From: an uncultured Bacillota bacterium
GTDB taxonomy: Bacteria > Bacillota_I > Bacilli_A > RF39 > UBA660
Direction of reading: 5' to 3'
DNA: 47,964 nt
NCBI GenBank assembly: GCA_947364595.1
Contig: CANATJ010000003.1
Span: 1-47,964, forward strand
Numbering within the stretch: the stretch's first letter is position 1; each line of letters begins with the position of its first letter. The position numbers were made by a program, and so were the translations under genes. Below, one piece after another: positions 9,566-19,412 of this stretch. The notes beneath the pieces were generated by a model, which was not told where the DNA came from, did not search any database, and saw nothing but the letters and a program-made list of their open reading frames with translations.

Positions 9566-10341
9566 CCAACTTTTCTAGATTGAATTTCTACAATTTTAGA
9601 TAATACTTCTGCAGCATTGTCTTCATTGATTTCAGTATATCCTAATTCTTTCATAGCTTGAATTTTAGCTGTATTAATTTCAAGTGTACGACTCATTTTA
9701 TTTTCAAGCTTTTGCTCAATTTGTGCTACAAAGCGTTTATGTGTAGCAGCAATTTTAGATTTACTAGCATTACCACTACGATATAAAGATAATGCTGAGA
9801 ATAAAACACTTTCGAAAATAAATTGATCTGTTTCATCATATACAAATTCATATGGTTTAGTATACCCTGCCGCTTTAGACATATATGCTAGGATATATTT
9901 AAGTTCTTTTGAACTTTGCATTGTTTGTAAAAAATGATACAAATATAATATAGAATTATATGCATTTTCATCTTTATCGTCGACTAATTGTTCCTTTAGT
10001 TCATCAACAATGTTATGTAATAATTCTTTTTGTTTACCAGCAAGTCCATTAAATATAATGTTAGTTCCATCGACTTCACTTTTATTTGTATTTTCAAACA
10101 AACTATTTATTCTAGCTTCTACATCCATTATATAATCTGTATCGACTTTAATGTCGTCAAGTTCGTCAGGAGATTTAATACCTAAAATATTAAGTAAAAT
10201 TACTTTTTTATCCTTTGGCCATTTATTTAAATCATCTAATTCTAGATAATTATATATCATTTGTCTAGACACTCCTAAACACTTTGCTAATTTAACTTTT
10301 GAAATTCCAAGTTCTCTTAAAATGTCATTTAATCTTTCCAT
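9559..10341 (-). CDS. XRE-like HTH protein with an unknown helical C-terminal region
   Basis: N-terminal LRELGISKVKLAKCLGVSRQMIYNYL is a Cro/XRE-type HTH; SD AGGAGGG. Confidence 0.8.
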   Translation of the reverse strand: MERLNDILRELGISKVKLAKCLGVSRQMIYNYLELDDLNKWPKDKKVILLNILGIKSPDELDDIKVDTDYIMDVEARINSLFENTNKSEVDGTNIIFNGLAGKQKELLHNIVDELKEQLVDDKDENAYNSILYLYHFLQTMQSSKELKYILAYMSKAAGYTKPYEFVYDETDQFIFESVLFSALSLYRSGNASKSKIAATHKRFVAQIEQKLENKMSRTLEINTAKIQAMKELGYTEINEDNAAEVLSKIVEIQSRKVGN

Positions 10342-10366
10342 AAGTTCGTAACCCTCCTACTATTTC

Positions 10367-10395
10367 ATTTTAACCAAATAACCTTAAAATGTCAA
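10367..10395 (-). promoter_or_regulatory. Sigma-A promoter of the HTH gene
   Basis: Minus strand TTGACA, 17 bp, TAAAAT. Confidence 0.75.
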
Positions 10396-10429
10396 GTACG
10401 TTGTAAAGTAAAAAATATATAAGTTTTTA

Positions 10430-11527
10430 CTATTTAATAGGCTTTTCCTTATAAACTTCTTTAATAATTCCACCGCCTAAGCATTCATCACCATTATAAA
10501 ATACACAAGCTTGTCCAGGTGTTACAGCTTTAACACCTTGTGGATATGAAACAATTAAATTGCCATCATCTAATTTAGTAATTGATACATCATTATCTGG
10601 TTGACGATATCGGAATTTGGCTGTACATTTTAAAGGTAATTCATTAAGTAAATTAACATCTTCTACTATAGCAGCCACACTCATTAAATATTCATTACTA
10701 TCACCAATAGCAACATATAAAATGTTATTATCTAAATCCTTTTTAGCTACAAACATTCTTTCTTTAGTACCACCAATATTAAGTCCCCTTCTTTGACCAA
10801 TAGTATAATACATAAGACCAATGTGCTTTCCTAAAACTTTGCCAGTATTAATATCAACAATGTCACCTGGAGTATTAGGTAAATAATTTTCTAAAAATTT
10901 TGTAAAATTACGCTCTCCAATGAAACAAATACCTGTAGAGTCTTTTTTGTCAGCCGTGATTAAATCATATTCATGAGCAATCTTTCTAACTTCACTTTTA
11001 TTTAAATCACCAACAGGGAACAATACATTTTCAAGTTGTTTTTTAGAAACTTGTGATAAAAAGTATGTTTGATCTTTATTGCTATCAATACCACGGTATA
11101 ATTTTCCATCTACCATTCTAGCGTAATGACCAGTGGCAATATAATCGGCGCCAAGTTCTAATGCTTTTTTTGCAAACATATCAAATTTAATATATTTATT
11201 GCACATAATATCAGGGTTAGGAGTACGGCCTTTTTTTAGTTCGTCTAAAAAATACGTAAAAACATAATCCCAATATTCTTTTACAAAATCAACTCTATGA
11301 AGAGGAATATTTAACTTTTGACAAACTTTTAATGCATCATTATAATCTTGCTCTTGTGGACAAATATCATTATTATTTAAATTAGGATTACCTAAAAAAT
11401 CATTATTAATATCACTATCCCAATTACGCATGAAAAGTCCAATAACCTCATAACCTTGTTTTTGAAGTAAAATAGCCGCTACACTACTATCTACTCCCCC
11501 ACTCATACCTACTACAACTTTTGCCAT
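10430..11527 (-). CDS. mnmA: tRNA 2-thiouridylase MnmA
   Basis: SGGVDS PP-loop, [41 protein letters not shown]. Confidence 0.97.
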   Translation of the reverse strand: MAKVVVGMSGGVDSSVAAILLQKQGYEVIGLFMRNWDSDINNDFLGNPNLNNNDICPQEQDYNDALKVCQKLNIPLHRVDFVKEYWDYVFTYFLDELKKGRTPNPDIMCNKYIKFDMFAKKALELGADYIATGHYARMVDGKLYRGIDSNKDQTYFLSQVSKKQLENVLFPVGDLNKSEVRKIAHEYDLITADKKDSTGICFIGERNFTKFLENYLPNTPGDIVDINTGKVLGKHIGLMYYTIGQRRGLNIGGTKERMFVAKKDLDNNILYVAIGDSNEYLMSVAAIVEDVNLLNELPLKCTAKFRYRQPDNDVSITKLDDGNLIVSYPQGVKAVTPGQACVFYNGDECLGGGIIKEVYKEKPIK

Positions 11528-11581
11528 ATATATTTCCTCTTTTCTAAGTACTATTATACAAAAAAAATAATAGAAAATCTA

Positions 11582-12211
11582 TTATTTTATAATAGTAGTT
11601 AAAATTTTCATAACATTTGGAAGTAAGTAAACTTCGTAAATACTAGTTAAGAACAAAATAATTAGTGAAAATATTAAAATAAAACAGTACCTATTCATAA
11701 TATATTTAAAATTTAAAGTTTTTTTGCCGGTAATAGAACTAATTAACTTAAAAGATACAATTAAGGCATATGCTGAAAGCAAAATATAAACCATTATATT
11801 AATTATATGATGCGGAACTACGTAACCAAATGCAATTAATATACCTTTAAATTTAAAATTTAAAATAATACTGCCAATAGAAAATCCTATAACAAATGCT
11901 TTTATAAATAAAAATAATAAAATTAAAATAAATCCAATAATGGATATTCCAAGAACCCATATAAGAAAGGCAAAACCTAAAGTGAAAATTAAAGTGTTTA
12001 TTAAAGATACATTGTATTCAAGTTTACCATTATATACATTATTTAGAAATCCATTCAAATAATCGGCAACCATTTTTTTATCATCACTTTTTAAGATAGA
12101 CGCGAATAAAGCTCCAGCTGCTATTCCAACCCCTACAATAATTAAAAGAAAAACAAATAAATTTTTATTAATGCGAATTTTACTTTTTAACTTGTCCATA
12201 TATTTTTTCAT
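11582..12211 (-). CDS. spoIIM: Stage II sporulation protein M
   Basis: About 209-aa multi-TM protein with W.LG.S.IG, KAFVIGFSIG, VPHH and C-terminal E.Y..P patterns of SpoIIM; alternative start at 12217. Confidence 0.75.
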   Translation of the reverse strand: MKKYMDKLKSKIRINKNLFVFLLIIVGVGIAAGALFASILKSDDKKMVADYLNGFLNNVYNGKLEYNVSLINTLIFTLGFAFLIWVLGISIIGFILILLFLFIKAFVIGFSIGSIILNFKFKGILIAFGYVVPHHIINIMVYILLSAYALIVSFKLISSITGKKTLNFKYIMNRYCFILIFSLIILFLTSIYEVYLLPNVMKILTTIIK

Positions 12212-12301
12212 GTTCATCCCTCTATCAAATTATATTAATTTTAAAATAATTTATTCCAAAAAAATCAAAAATATATTATAATGTTTACTAGAGGTGATAA
12301 A

Positions 12302-12388
12302 ATGAATCCGAAATTTCAAAAAATTACAATATGGATTATGCTTATTGTAATAATCGCATTCTTTATAGTAAGTTTGTTCTGGCATTAA
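12302..12388 (+). CDS. Small membrane peptide (28 aa), DUF4044/Prli42-like; absent from the ORF track
   Basis: MNPKFQKITIWIMLIVIIAFFIVSLFWH; SD AGAGGTGA; TATAAT upstream; hairpin downstream. Confidence 0.75.
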   Translation: MNPKFQKITIWIMLIVIIAFFIVSLFWH

Positions 12389-12422
12389 AAATAAAAAACA
12401 AAAAGCCCTTTTAGGACTTTTT

Positions 12423-13307
12423 TTAAGTATAATTAACGCAATGGTTAGCGATATAATCTATAATTTTTTGATCAGTATCAGTATCATAATGTAATCCATC
12501 TGGCAAATAAAATGAAAGTGAATGATAAGAATCACAAATAGATAAATTATTTAAATCTTTTTTCTCAATTAAACTGTTCATAACTGCATTAAAATTTCTA
12601 ATTTTTCTATTATTTCTTTTGTTGCCATACCACTTACTATCTATAGTTTTTTCGTCAACTGGATTAACAGCTAAGGCATAAAACTTTATATTTGGATATT
12701 TAAGCGCTAAATTTTTATAATAATTGAAATAGTTGCCAGCAATATTTTCAACACTACTAGTACTATTTAAATCATTAACGCCTAAATTAACAACAACATG
12801 ATAATTATAATTTTCATCTATATTATTTAATTTGTTTTCTAACTTACCTAAAGCATAATTTTCAAGCCAATCTATTTTAGCTCCACTTTTTGCTATAAAG
12901 CTTAAATTGTTTGGGATATTTAACTTATCTTTTTTGTTTTCAATAAACTCCATTCTTGAATCACCAACGACAATTATTTTATTGTCAAAAATAGGAACCA
13001 TTTCATGTTCATTTAATGTTGATAAAGGACTTAATGTCAAATTTTGAATGTATCTACTTGAACAAGAATCATATTTACTAGAATTAATAAAACTTATAAA
13101 AATAAAAATCCAAAAACAAATAAACATTATAAAAAAACTATTTAAATAAATTTTATTAAAAAAATTATTACTTTTAAAATGCTTTTCTTTTATAAAAAAT
13201 ATACAAAGAGCTAGAATAAAAAACAACACAAAAGCGCACAAAATATTTAAATACTTCGCGCGAGTGATATAAAACCAAATACTTTCTTCGCATATTTTTA
13301 AAGTCAC
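12423..13307 (-). CDS. Membrane-anchored SGNH/GDSL hydrolase
   Basis: Blocks VGDS, SG, NLGVND and DGLH; two N-terminal TM helices. Confidence 0.8.
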   Translation of the reverse strand: MTLKICEESIWFYITRAKYLNILCAFVLFFILALCIFFIKEKHFKSNNFFNKIYLNSFFIMFICFWIFIFISFINSSKYDSCSSRYIQNLTLSPLSTLNEHEMVPIFDNKIIVVGDSRMEFIENKKDKLNIPNNLSFIAKSGAKIDWLENYALGKLENKLNNIDENYNYHVVVNLGVNDLNSTSSVENIAGNYFNYYKNLALKYPNIKFYALAVNPVDEKTIDSKWYGNKRNNRKIRNFNAVMNSLIEKKDLNNLSICDSYHSLSFYLPDGLHYDTDTDQKIIDYIANHCVNYT

Positions 13308-13445
13308 AAAATCACCATTAATTATAGTATCATATTTTATATTGTTTTTAAAGTCATTAATAATATTTCCATTAAATTCTATATTTAAAAGTTAATATTA
13401 TATACATAATAATAATGTAGTCTGAATTTTATGGGAGATGATATA

Positions 13446-14438
13446 ATGTTTTTTAAAAATTTTAAAAAAACAATCATCATGCTTCTTTTTACATTTATTA
13501 TTATACCAACAAATGCTTTTGCCTATTCTAATCAATTAATACCTGGTGGGGAAAATATTGGAATATCATTAAATTCAAAAGGTATTTTAATTGTTGGAAC
13601 TTACGAAGTAAATAATGAATCACCCGCAAGTGATGCTGGATTAAAAACTGGTGATACAATAATCAAAGTAAACGACAATAAAGTAAATAACATCGAAGAA
13701 ATGGCCAGCAAAATAAATAATGCAACAGATTCAAGTATAAAAATAACATATATGCGAAACAAAAGTGAAAAAAACACTAATTTAAAATTATATAAAGATG
13801 AAAACAATGTATATAAAACTGGTCTTTATGTAAAAGATAGTGTTACGGGAATTGGTACATTAACATTTATAGATCCTGAGACTAGAAAATTTGGAGCTTT
13901 GGGACATGAAATTCAAGAACAAACTACTGGTAAAGTTTTGGAAATAAAAGACGGAAAAATTTTTGATTCAAATGTAACTGGTGTTATCCCAAGTTCTGAC
14001 GGAAATCCTGGTGAAAAAAAAGCAGAATATAACGCAAATGAAGTAAAAGGTTTAGTAAATGAAAATACTACTCAAGGTATTTTTGGTGATTATACTAGAC
14101 AATTACCTGACAAAAAGACATATAAAGTTGCTACAAATGATGATATTAAATTAGGCGAAGCTAAAATTCAAACTGTTTTAAGCGGTAATGAAATAAAAGA
14201 ATTCAAAATTAAAATAACTAAAATAAATAAAGAAAAGCAAAAAAACAAAAATTTTATTTTTGAAATAACTGACAAAAATTTATTAGATAAAACCAACGGT
14301 ATAATTCAAGGAATGAGCGGATCACCAATCATACAAGGAGATTATATAATTGGTGCCGTGACACATGTTGTAGTAAATAATCCGCATAAAGGATATGGTA
14401 TATTTATAACTAATATGTTAGAAGAAGCCGAAAATTAA
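13446..14438 (+). CDS. spoIVB: SpoIVB peptidase (S55) with PDZ domain
   Basis: LIPGG.NIGI, SPA..AGLK.GD PDZ, GIGTLTF, FGALGH, GIIQGMSGSPIIQ, GAVTHV; alternative start at 13431. Confidence 0.93.
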   Translation: MFFKNFKKTIIMLLFTFIIIPTNAFAYSNQLIPGGENIGISLNSKGILIVGTYEVNNESPASDAGLKTGDTIIKVNDNKVNNIEEMASKINNATDSSIKITYMRNKSEKNTNLKLYKDENNVYKTGLYVKDSVTGIGTLTFIDPETRKFGALGHEIQEQTTGKVLEIKDGKIFDSNVTGVIPSSDGNPGEKKAEYNANEVKGLVNENTTQGIFGDYTRQLPDKKTYKVATNDDIKLGEAKIQTVLSGNEIKEFKIKITKINKEKQKNKNFIFEITDKNLLDKTNGIIQGMSGSPIIQGDYIIGAVTHVVVNNPHKGYGIFITNMLEEAEN

Positions 14439-14459
14439 AAAGAGGATCAATCCTCTTTT
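14438..14459. terminator. Intrinsic terminator after spoIVB
   Basis: AAAAGAGGA-tcaa-TCCTCTTTT. Confidence 0.75.
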
Positions 14460-14516
14460 ATTTTTTGCTTTTACAAAGCAAATTTCTAATATATTAAAAA
14501 AGCGCTAAAAAGCACT

Positions 14517-15458
14517 TTATTTGTTTTTTAAATCTTCCTCTGTTTCGGCCACAATATAAATAGGACGTTTTTTAACTTCTAAATAAGTTTTAGATAAATA
14601 TTGGCCAATAATACCTGTACAAAGAAGTTGAACACCACCTATAAAAAACATAATGCACACCATGCTAGGCCATCCACTAGTAGGATCACCAAATATTAAT
14701 GTTCTAACAACAATTAAGGCAATCAATATAAAGGCAATAAAGCAAAATAAGATTCCCATGATAGATGCGATTGAAAGTGGAAGCGTTGAAAACGCTACAA
14801 TACTTTCTAAAGAATATAAGAACAACTTAAAAAATGACCATTTAGTAGTTCCGGCTGCTCTTTCTATATTCTCATAAGAAAGCCACTTAGTCCTATATCC
14901 AACCCATGAAAATATACCTTTAGAAAAACGATTATATTCAGTTAACTCTAAAACAGAGTTTACCATTTTACGAGTCATAAGTCTAAAATCACGAGCGCCA
15001 TCAGTTATTTCTGTTTTTGATATTTTATTAATAATTTTATAGTACATTTTTGCAAAAAAACTTCTAATAACAGGTTCTCCTTTACGAGATACTCTTCTAG
15101 TGGCTACACTATCATACTCTCCTGTTTGTAAAATCTCATACATTTCTTGTAATAATGCTGGTGGATCTTGTAAATCTGCATCCATAATAGCCACATAGTC
15201 TCCAGTAGATGCTTTTAATCCAGCATACATGGCAGCTTCTTTACCAAAATTTCTAGAAAACGAAATATATCTAACATTTTTGTTTGAAGATAATTTTCTC
15301 ATTAATTCAAGTGTTTTATCACTGCTTCCGTCATTAACGAAAATTATTTCAAATTCAACATTATTCATGTCTTTTTGGACTTTTAATATTTCTTTATGAA
15401 AAATTTCAATTACTTCTTGTTCGTTAAAACAAGGTACTACTAATGAAATTTTTTCCAT
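14517..15458 (-). CDS. GT2 polyprenyl-phosphate glycosyltransferase (GtrB/CsbB-like)
   Basis: VPCFNE, DGSSD, FSRNFGKEAA, DADLQDPP, R.AG.TKWS; two C-terminal TMs. Confidence 0.92.
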   Translation of the reverse strand: MEKISLVVPCFNEQEVIEIFHKEILKVQKDMNNVEFEIIFVNDGSSDKTLELMRKLSSNKNVRYISFSRNFGKEAAMYAGLKASTGDYVAIMDADLQDPPALLQEMYEILQTGEYDSVATRRVSRKGEPVIRSFFAKMYYKIINKISKTEITDGARDFRLMTRKMVNSVLELTEYNRFSKGIFSWVGYRTKWLSYENIERAAGTTKWSFFKLFLYSLESIVAFSTLPLSIASIMGILFCFIAFILIALIVVRTLIFGDPTSGWPSMVCIMFFIGGVQLLCTGIIGQYLSKTYLEVKKRPIYIVAETEEDLKNK

Positions 15459-15527
15459 ACTCTTCACCTCTTAACAAAAAATTATTTTAACACAATCTAT
15501 ATTAATTGTCTAATTAACTTTTTAAAA

Positions 15528-16487
15528 TTACTTATTGTTTTTAATATATAAAATTTTAGCAAAAAACTTATTAAAAAATCTAATATATATACCTTTAATT
15601 GTTTTATTTAAATATTTATTTTTTTTGTAATTTGGAAAATTTGATTTTATATTATTTAAGGCTTCATTAACGGCCATATTATAATCACTTTTACTAAAAT
15701 TTGTAGCTTGCTTTAAAAAAGTGGCCAAAAGATATCTACAATAACAATATTCAATTTCATCTTTATATTCATCATAAAAACCTTTTTCCTTATAAAAATC
15801 AATTATTCCATTCCAGTTATTAATATAATTATAAAGCCTTTTATCAAATGTTTTTGTAATGGCACCTTCCCTTTGAACATAATTAATAAGAGGTTTTTTA
15901 ACCGTGCCAATAGTATTTATATATGGAAATAAACGATACAAAAATTCTACGTCTTCATACCAAACGTTTTTCTTGAACAAAACTCCACTATCAAACAATT
16001 CTCTTTTATAAATTTTGTTCCATGCTGCAGGATAAATATTAATCATTTGTTTTTTTATCTCATTTTTATTCATTAAATCAGTTTCTACTAGTGAAGAGAC
16101 ACATTTAGATTCATTATCACTAATATAGTTTATATCACAAACAACAACATCAAAATTACTTTTTATAGCTTTTTGATATAAATCTTTAAACATATTTAAA
16201 TTGGCATAATCATCACCATCAATGAATCCAATATATTTCCCATGACATTTAGATATCCCAAAATTACGGGCGTCACTAAGACCACCATTTGGTTTAGTAT
16301 AAGAAAACACCTTTTGAGGAAAACTTTGAACATACTTATCAATAATTTTTTGACTATTGTCTTTAGTTCCATCATTAATAACAACAATTTCAATATCATC
16401 AAGAGTTTGATAAACCAAACTGTTTAAGCATTTATCTAAATATTTTTCTACGTTATATACAGGTACAACAACACTTACCTTCGGCAT
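15528..16487 (-). CDS. Glycosyltransferase family 2
   Basis: VSVVVPVYNVEKYL, GGLSDARN, FIDGDD, YEDV. Confidence 0.92.
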   Translation of the reverse strand: MPKVSVVVPVYNVEKYLDKCLNSLVYQTLDDIEIVVINDGTKDNSQKIIDKYVQSFPQKVFSYTKPNGGLSDARNFGISKCHGKYIGFIDGDDYANLNMFKDLYQKAIKSNFDVVVCDINYISDNESKCVSSLVETDLMNKNEIKKQMINIYPAAWNKIYKRELFDSGVLFKKNVWYEDVEFLYRLFPYINTIGTVKKPLINYVQREGAITKTFDKRLYNYINNWNGIIDFYKEKGFYDEYKDEIEYCYCRYLLATFLKQATNFSKSDYNMAVNEALNNIKSNFPNYKKNKYLNKTIKGIYIRFFNKFFAKILYIKNNK

Positions 16488-16495
16488 AATAATCC

Positions 16496-17446
16496 TCATT
16501 TCTTTATTTTATTTAATATTTTTAAAATATTAAACTTTTTATAATAAGCTAAAAGACATACAATTTTAAATTTAAAACTTTTACATTTCAAATATTCATT
16601 TTTTCTCCAATTAGGATATTTTGTTTTCATTATAGCAGAGATTTTTTCGATTTGCTTAATTCCTTCTTTAAAATTAATAAGCTTTAAACTACTACTATAA
16701 AGCAAATGTTCTATATATAAATACTCAAGAATCTCATCATATTCATGATTAGTTCTATTTTTAAACTCATTATCCAAGTGCTCCATGATTGAAAATATAT
16801 CCTCTAGTTTTTTAGAGTACTTTGTTTGCATGGTGGTTGAGTTTTCATGAATAACATAATAATATAAAGCATCATCAATATAACAAACTTTATTACAATA
16901 AATTCCAAGTAATGGAATTGTTCCTAAATCTTCATTAATTAAACCAGAAACAAATTCAATATTGTTATCAGTAAACAAATTTTTTTTATACAACCTACCC
17001 ACAGGCCCTGGATGGGACATCATGAAATTAAAAATATCATTATTAGTAAAATGTTCAAAATTTTTGAATAAAACGTTTTTGTTATTAATAACTTTATATA
17101 AATTACAAATAGAAACATCAGCGTTATTTTCTTTTAAACATTCATATAGATTTTTAACAATATTTTCATCTACATAATCATCTGCATCTACAAACATTAG
17201 ATAGTCGCCAGTACAAACACTAATACCAAAATTTCTAGCTTTACCTTGTCCACCATTTTTTTTAGAAAAGATTTTTAATCTTTCATCATCATAGCTTTTA
17301 ACAACTTCTACTGTATTGTCAGTAGAGCCATCATCAATTACAATAACTTCAATATTTTTATAAGTTTGTTTTAAAACAGAATCTATTACCTTATTAATTC
17401 TTTTTTCTTCATTATATGCTGGAATAATTATACTTACTTTTTCCAT
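16496..17446 (-). CDS. Glycosyltransferase family 2
   Basis: VSIIIPAYN, DDGSTD, ARNFG, FVDADD. Confidence 0.92.
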   Translation of the reverse strand: MEKVSIIIPAYNEEKRINKVIDSVLKQTYKNIEVIVIDDGSTDNTVEVVKSYDDERLKIFSKKNGGQGKARNFGISVCTGDYLMFVDADDYVDENIVKNLYECLKENNADVSICNLYKVINNKNVLFKNFEHFTNNDIFNFMMSHPGPVGRLYKKNLFTDNNIEFVSGLINEDLGTIPLLGIYCNKVCYIDDALYYYVIHENSTTMQTKYSKKLEDIFSIMEHLDNEFKNRTNHEYDEILEYLYIEHLLYSSSLKLINFKEGIKQIEKISAIMKTKYPNWRKNEYLKCKSFKFKIVCLLAYYKKFNILKILNKIKK

Positions 17447-17454
17447 TCACTCAC

Positions 17455-18600
17455 CTACTCATCAATTCGTTTAAAAAACTTTTCCCATTCATCAGTAACA
17501 CTAGTAACAGCAAATTTTTTAGAGCATTCTTTAGAATTTTTAGATAATTTAGTAAGCATTTCTTCATTAGACATAAGCTCAATTAATTTTTTCTTATATT
17601 CATCAATATTATCTTGCTCAATCACAAAACCATTATATCCATTTTCAATTTGTTCATTAGCCGCTTCACCATAATTAAAAGATAAAGCAGGAACTCCACA
17701 TGTAAATGATTCAATAATACTTAAAGGGAATCCTTCGATAATTGAAGTATTTAAACTACAGGAACTTTGTAAAAGAACATCTTTAGAATTTTGTACAACG
17801 CCTTTATAAAAAATTTGATCACTTTGCTTAATAATATTTAAAGATTCAGAGGATAAATCCCCCTTACCATATAAAGCAAATTTCCAATCTTTAAATTTTT
17901 TATCTTTAAAAATATCATTAACAATTTTAATCATCAAATCAATTCTTTTTTCATAGGAAAATCTAGATAAAACTATTAGTTGCTTATTATCTACAACATT
18001 TGCAGAATCAGTTGTATTAAACCTAACTGGATTATAAATATAATAATTTTTTTTAAGTCCTTTTTTTCTAGCACTTTCACAAGTTGATTTACAAAGCCAC
18101 ATAAGAGCAAATAATTTATCATTATATTTTTTTAAAGTTTTAAAATTCATTTTATCTTTTAAAACGAAAGAAAAAGTAGAATGTTGAACATGGATGGTTT
18201 TCTTTAAATATTCATCAGGAATACCAGGTAAAGTTTGATAATGCGAAGCAATAATATAATCAGGATTCTCATTCCTTATATAGGTTTTTAATTTTTCATA
18301 ATCTTCATTTAATTTTTTCTTATCAAATAAATAATTGTTAAAGGTTTTAAAAAATTTACCTAATCCTTTTTTTAAGGATAATAGAACATCTTTTCGATGA
18401 GTAATTCCCCACTCGTCTTTGTCGTTTATTGTATGTTGTTTAAATAAAGTTTTTTCATAATCACCAGGATGATTATCTCTAATAGAACATACTTGAACAT
18501 CATAACCACGTTTGTATAGTTCTTCGGATAGCGTCTTATTAACAAGCCAAATACCGCCAAAAGATTTTCCTTTTATTTGTAAAAACATAATTTTTTTCAT
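17455..18600 (-). CDS. Glycosyltransferase family 4 (GT-B)
   Basis: GG near the N-terminus, IYNP, R...EK, EGFPLSIIES motif. Confidence 0.88.
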   Translation of the reverse strand: MKKIMFLQIKGKSFGGIWLVNKTLSEELYKRGYDVQVCSIRDNHPGDYEKTLFKQHTINDKDEWGITHRKDVLLSLKKGLGKFFKTFNNYLFDKKKLNEDYEKLKTYIRNENPDYIIASHYQTLPGIPDEYLKKTIHVQHSTFSFVLKDKMNFKTLKKYNDKLFALMWLCKSTCESARKKGLKKNYYIYNPVRFNTTDSANVVDNKQLIVLSRFSYEKRIDLMIKIVNDIFKDKKFKDWKFALYGKGDLSSESLNIIKQSDQIFYKGVVQNSKDVLLQSSCSLNTSIIEGFPLSIIESFTCGVPALSFNYGEAANEQIENGYNGFVIEQDNIDEYKKKLIELMSNEEMLTKLSKNSKECSKKFAVTSVTDEWEKFFKRIDE

Positions 18601-19412
18601 TACTTATCTTCCTCAAATCTAACTTCAACTGGACTATGAGTCACCCTTTTGTCAACAGGCGGAAGTTCCATATAATTTCCGTATAGTCCACTCAAATAAT
18701 AATCATTATCTTTAAATCCATTATACATTTTACCTTCAAAACTAATTGGTTTTAATGGATAAAGCTTATCGTATTCAAAAATATCTTTACGATAATCATA
18801 AGCTCCTAACAAGGAACAAATATACTTTCCATCTGAAACATTTTGCCCTCTTAAAATATTCATTTGCCATTTTTCTAAAGATTTTTTGCTTAAAAAATTC
18901 ATAAAAAATGAAATAACAGAATGCCTACAATCACTAATGTGTTTATGCGTTCCTACTTTGTGCAGATGAGTTTCCCAAATATTTTTAATCAAACTTGCTG
19001 CTAAATGTAGTTTTTTACTTTTAGGATTATTAATTCTTTCAAGAGGAAAAATATCAATGTATATTCCTTTATGAGAATTATAATTCTTAACTAGTTCTTC
19101 ATTAAAAACTGTGCCATTTCTTCTGACTTTAGCAAACGGAAAATAACTATGGTCATCAGTACTATAACATTGCAAAAAGTATTTACTATCTAATTTATCA
19201 TTCGCAATTTTAATAAATTTATCATAATCTTTTCTAAGCATTGCAATGTCAATATCATCATCCCAAGGAATGAATCCCTTATGTCTAACTGCACCAAGTA
19301 AAGTTCCTCCAACTAAAACATATTCAATATTATTTTCCTCACAAACTCTAACTACTTCATCAAGAATTTGTATTTGAATATTGTGTATTTTTTTTAAAGT
19401 TTCATTATCCAT
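18600..19412 (-). CDS. LicD family phosphotransferase
   Basis: GGTLLGAVRHKGFIPWDDDIDI, IDIFP, YGNYMELPP. Confidence 0.93.
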   Translation of the reverse strand: MDNETLKKIHNIQIQILDEVVRVCEENNIEYVLVGGTLLGAVRHKGFIPWDDDIDIAMLRKDYDKFIKIANDKLDSKYFLQCYSTDDHSYFPFAKVRRNGTVFNEELVKNYNSHKGIYIDIFPLERINNPKSKKLHLAASLIKNIWETHLHKVGTHKHISDCRHSVISFFMNFLSKKSLEKWQMNILRGQNVSDGKYICSLLGAYDYRKDIFEYDKLYPLKPISFEGKMYNGFKDNDYYLSGLYGNYMELPPVDKRVTHSPVEVRFEEDK

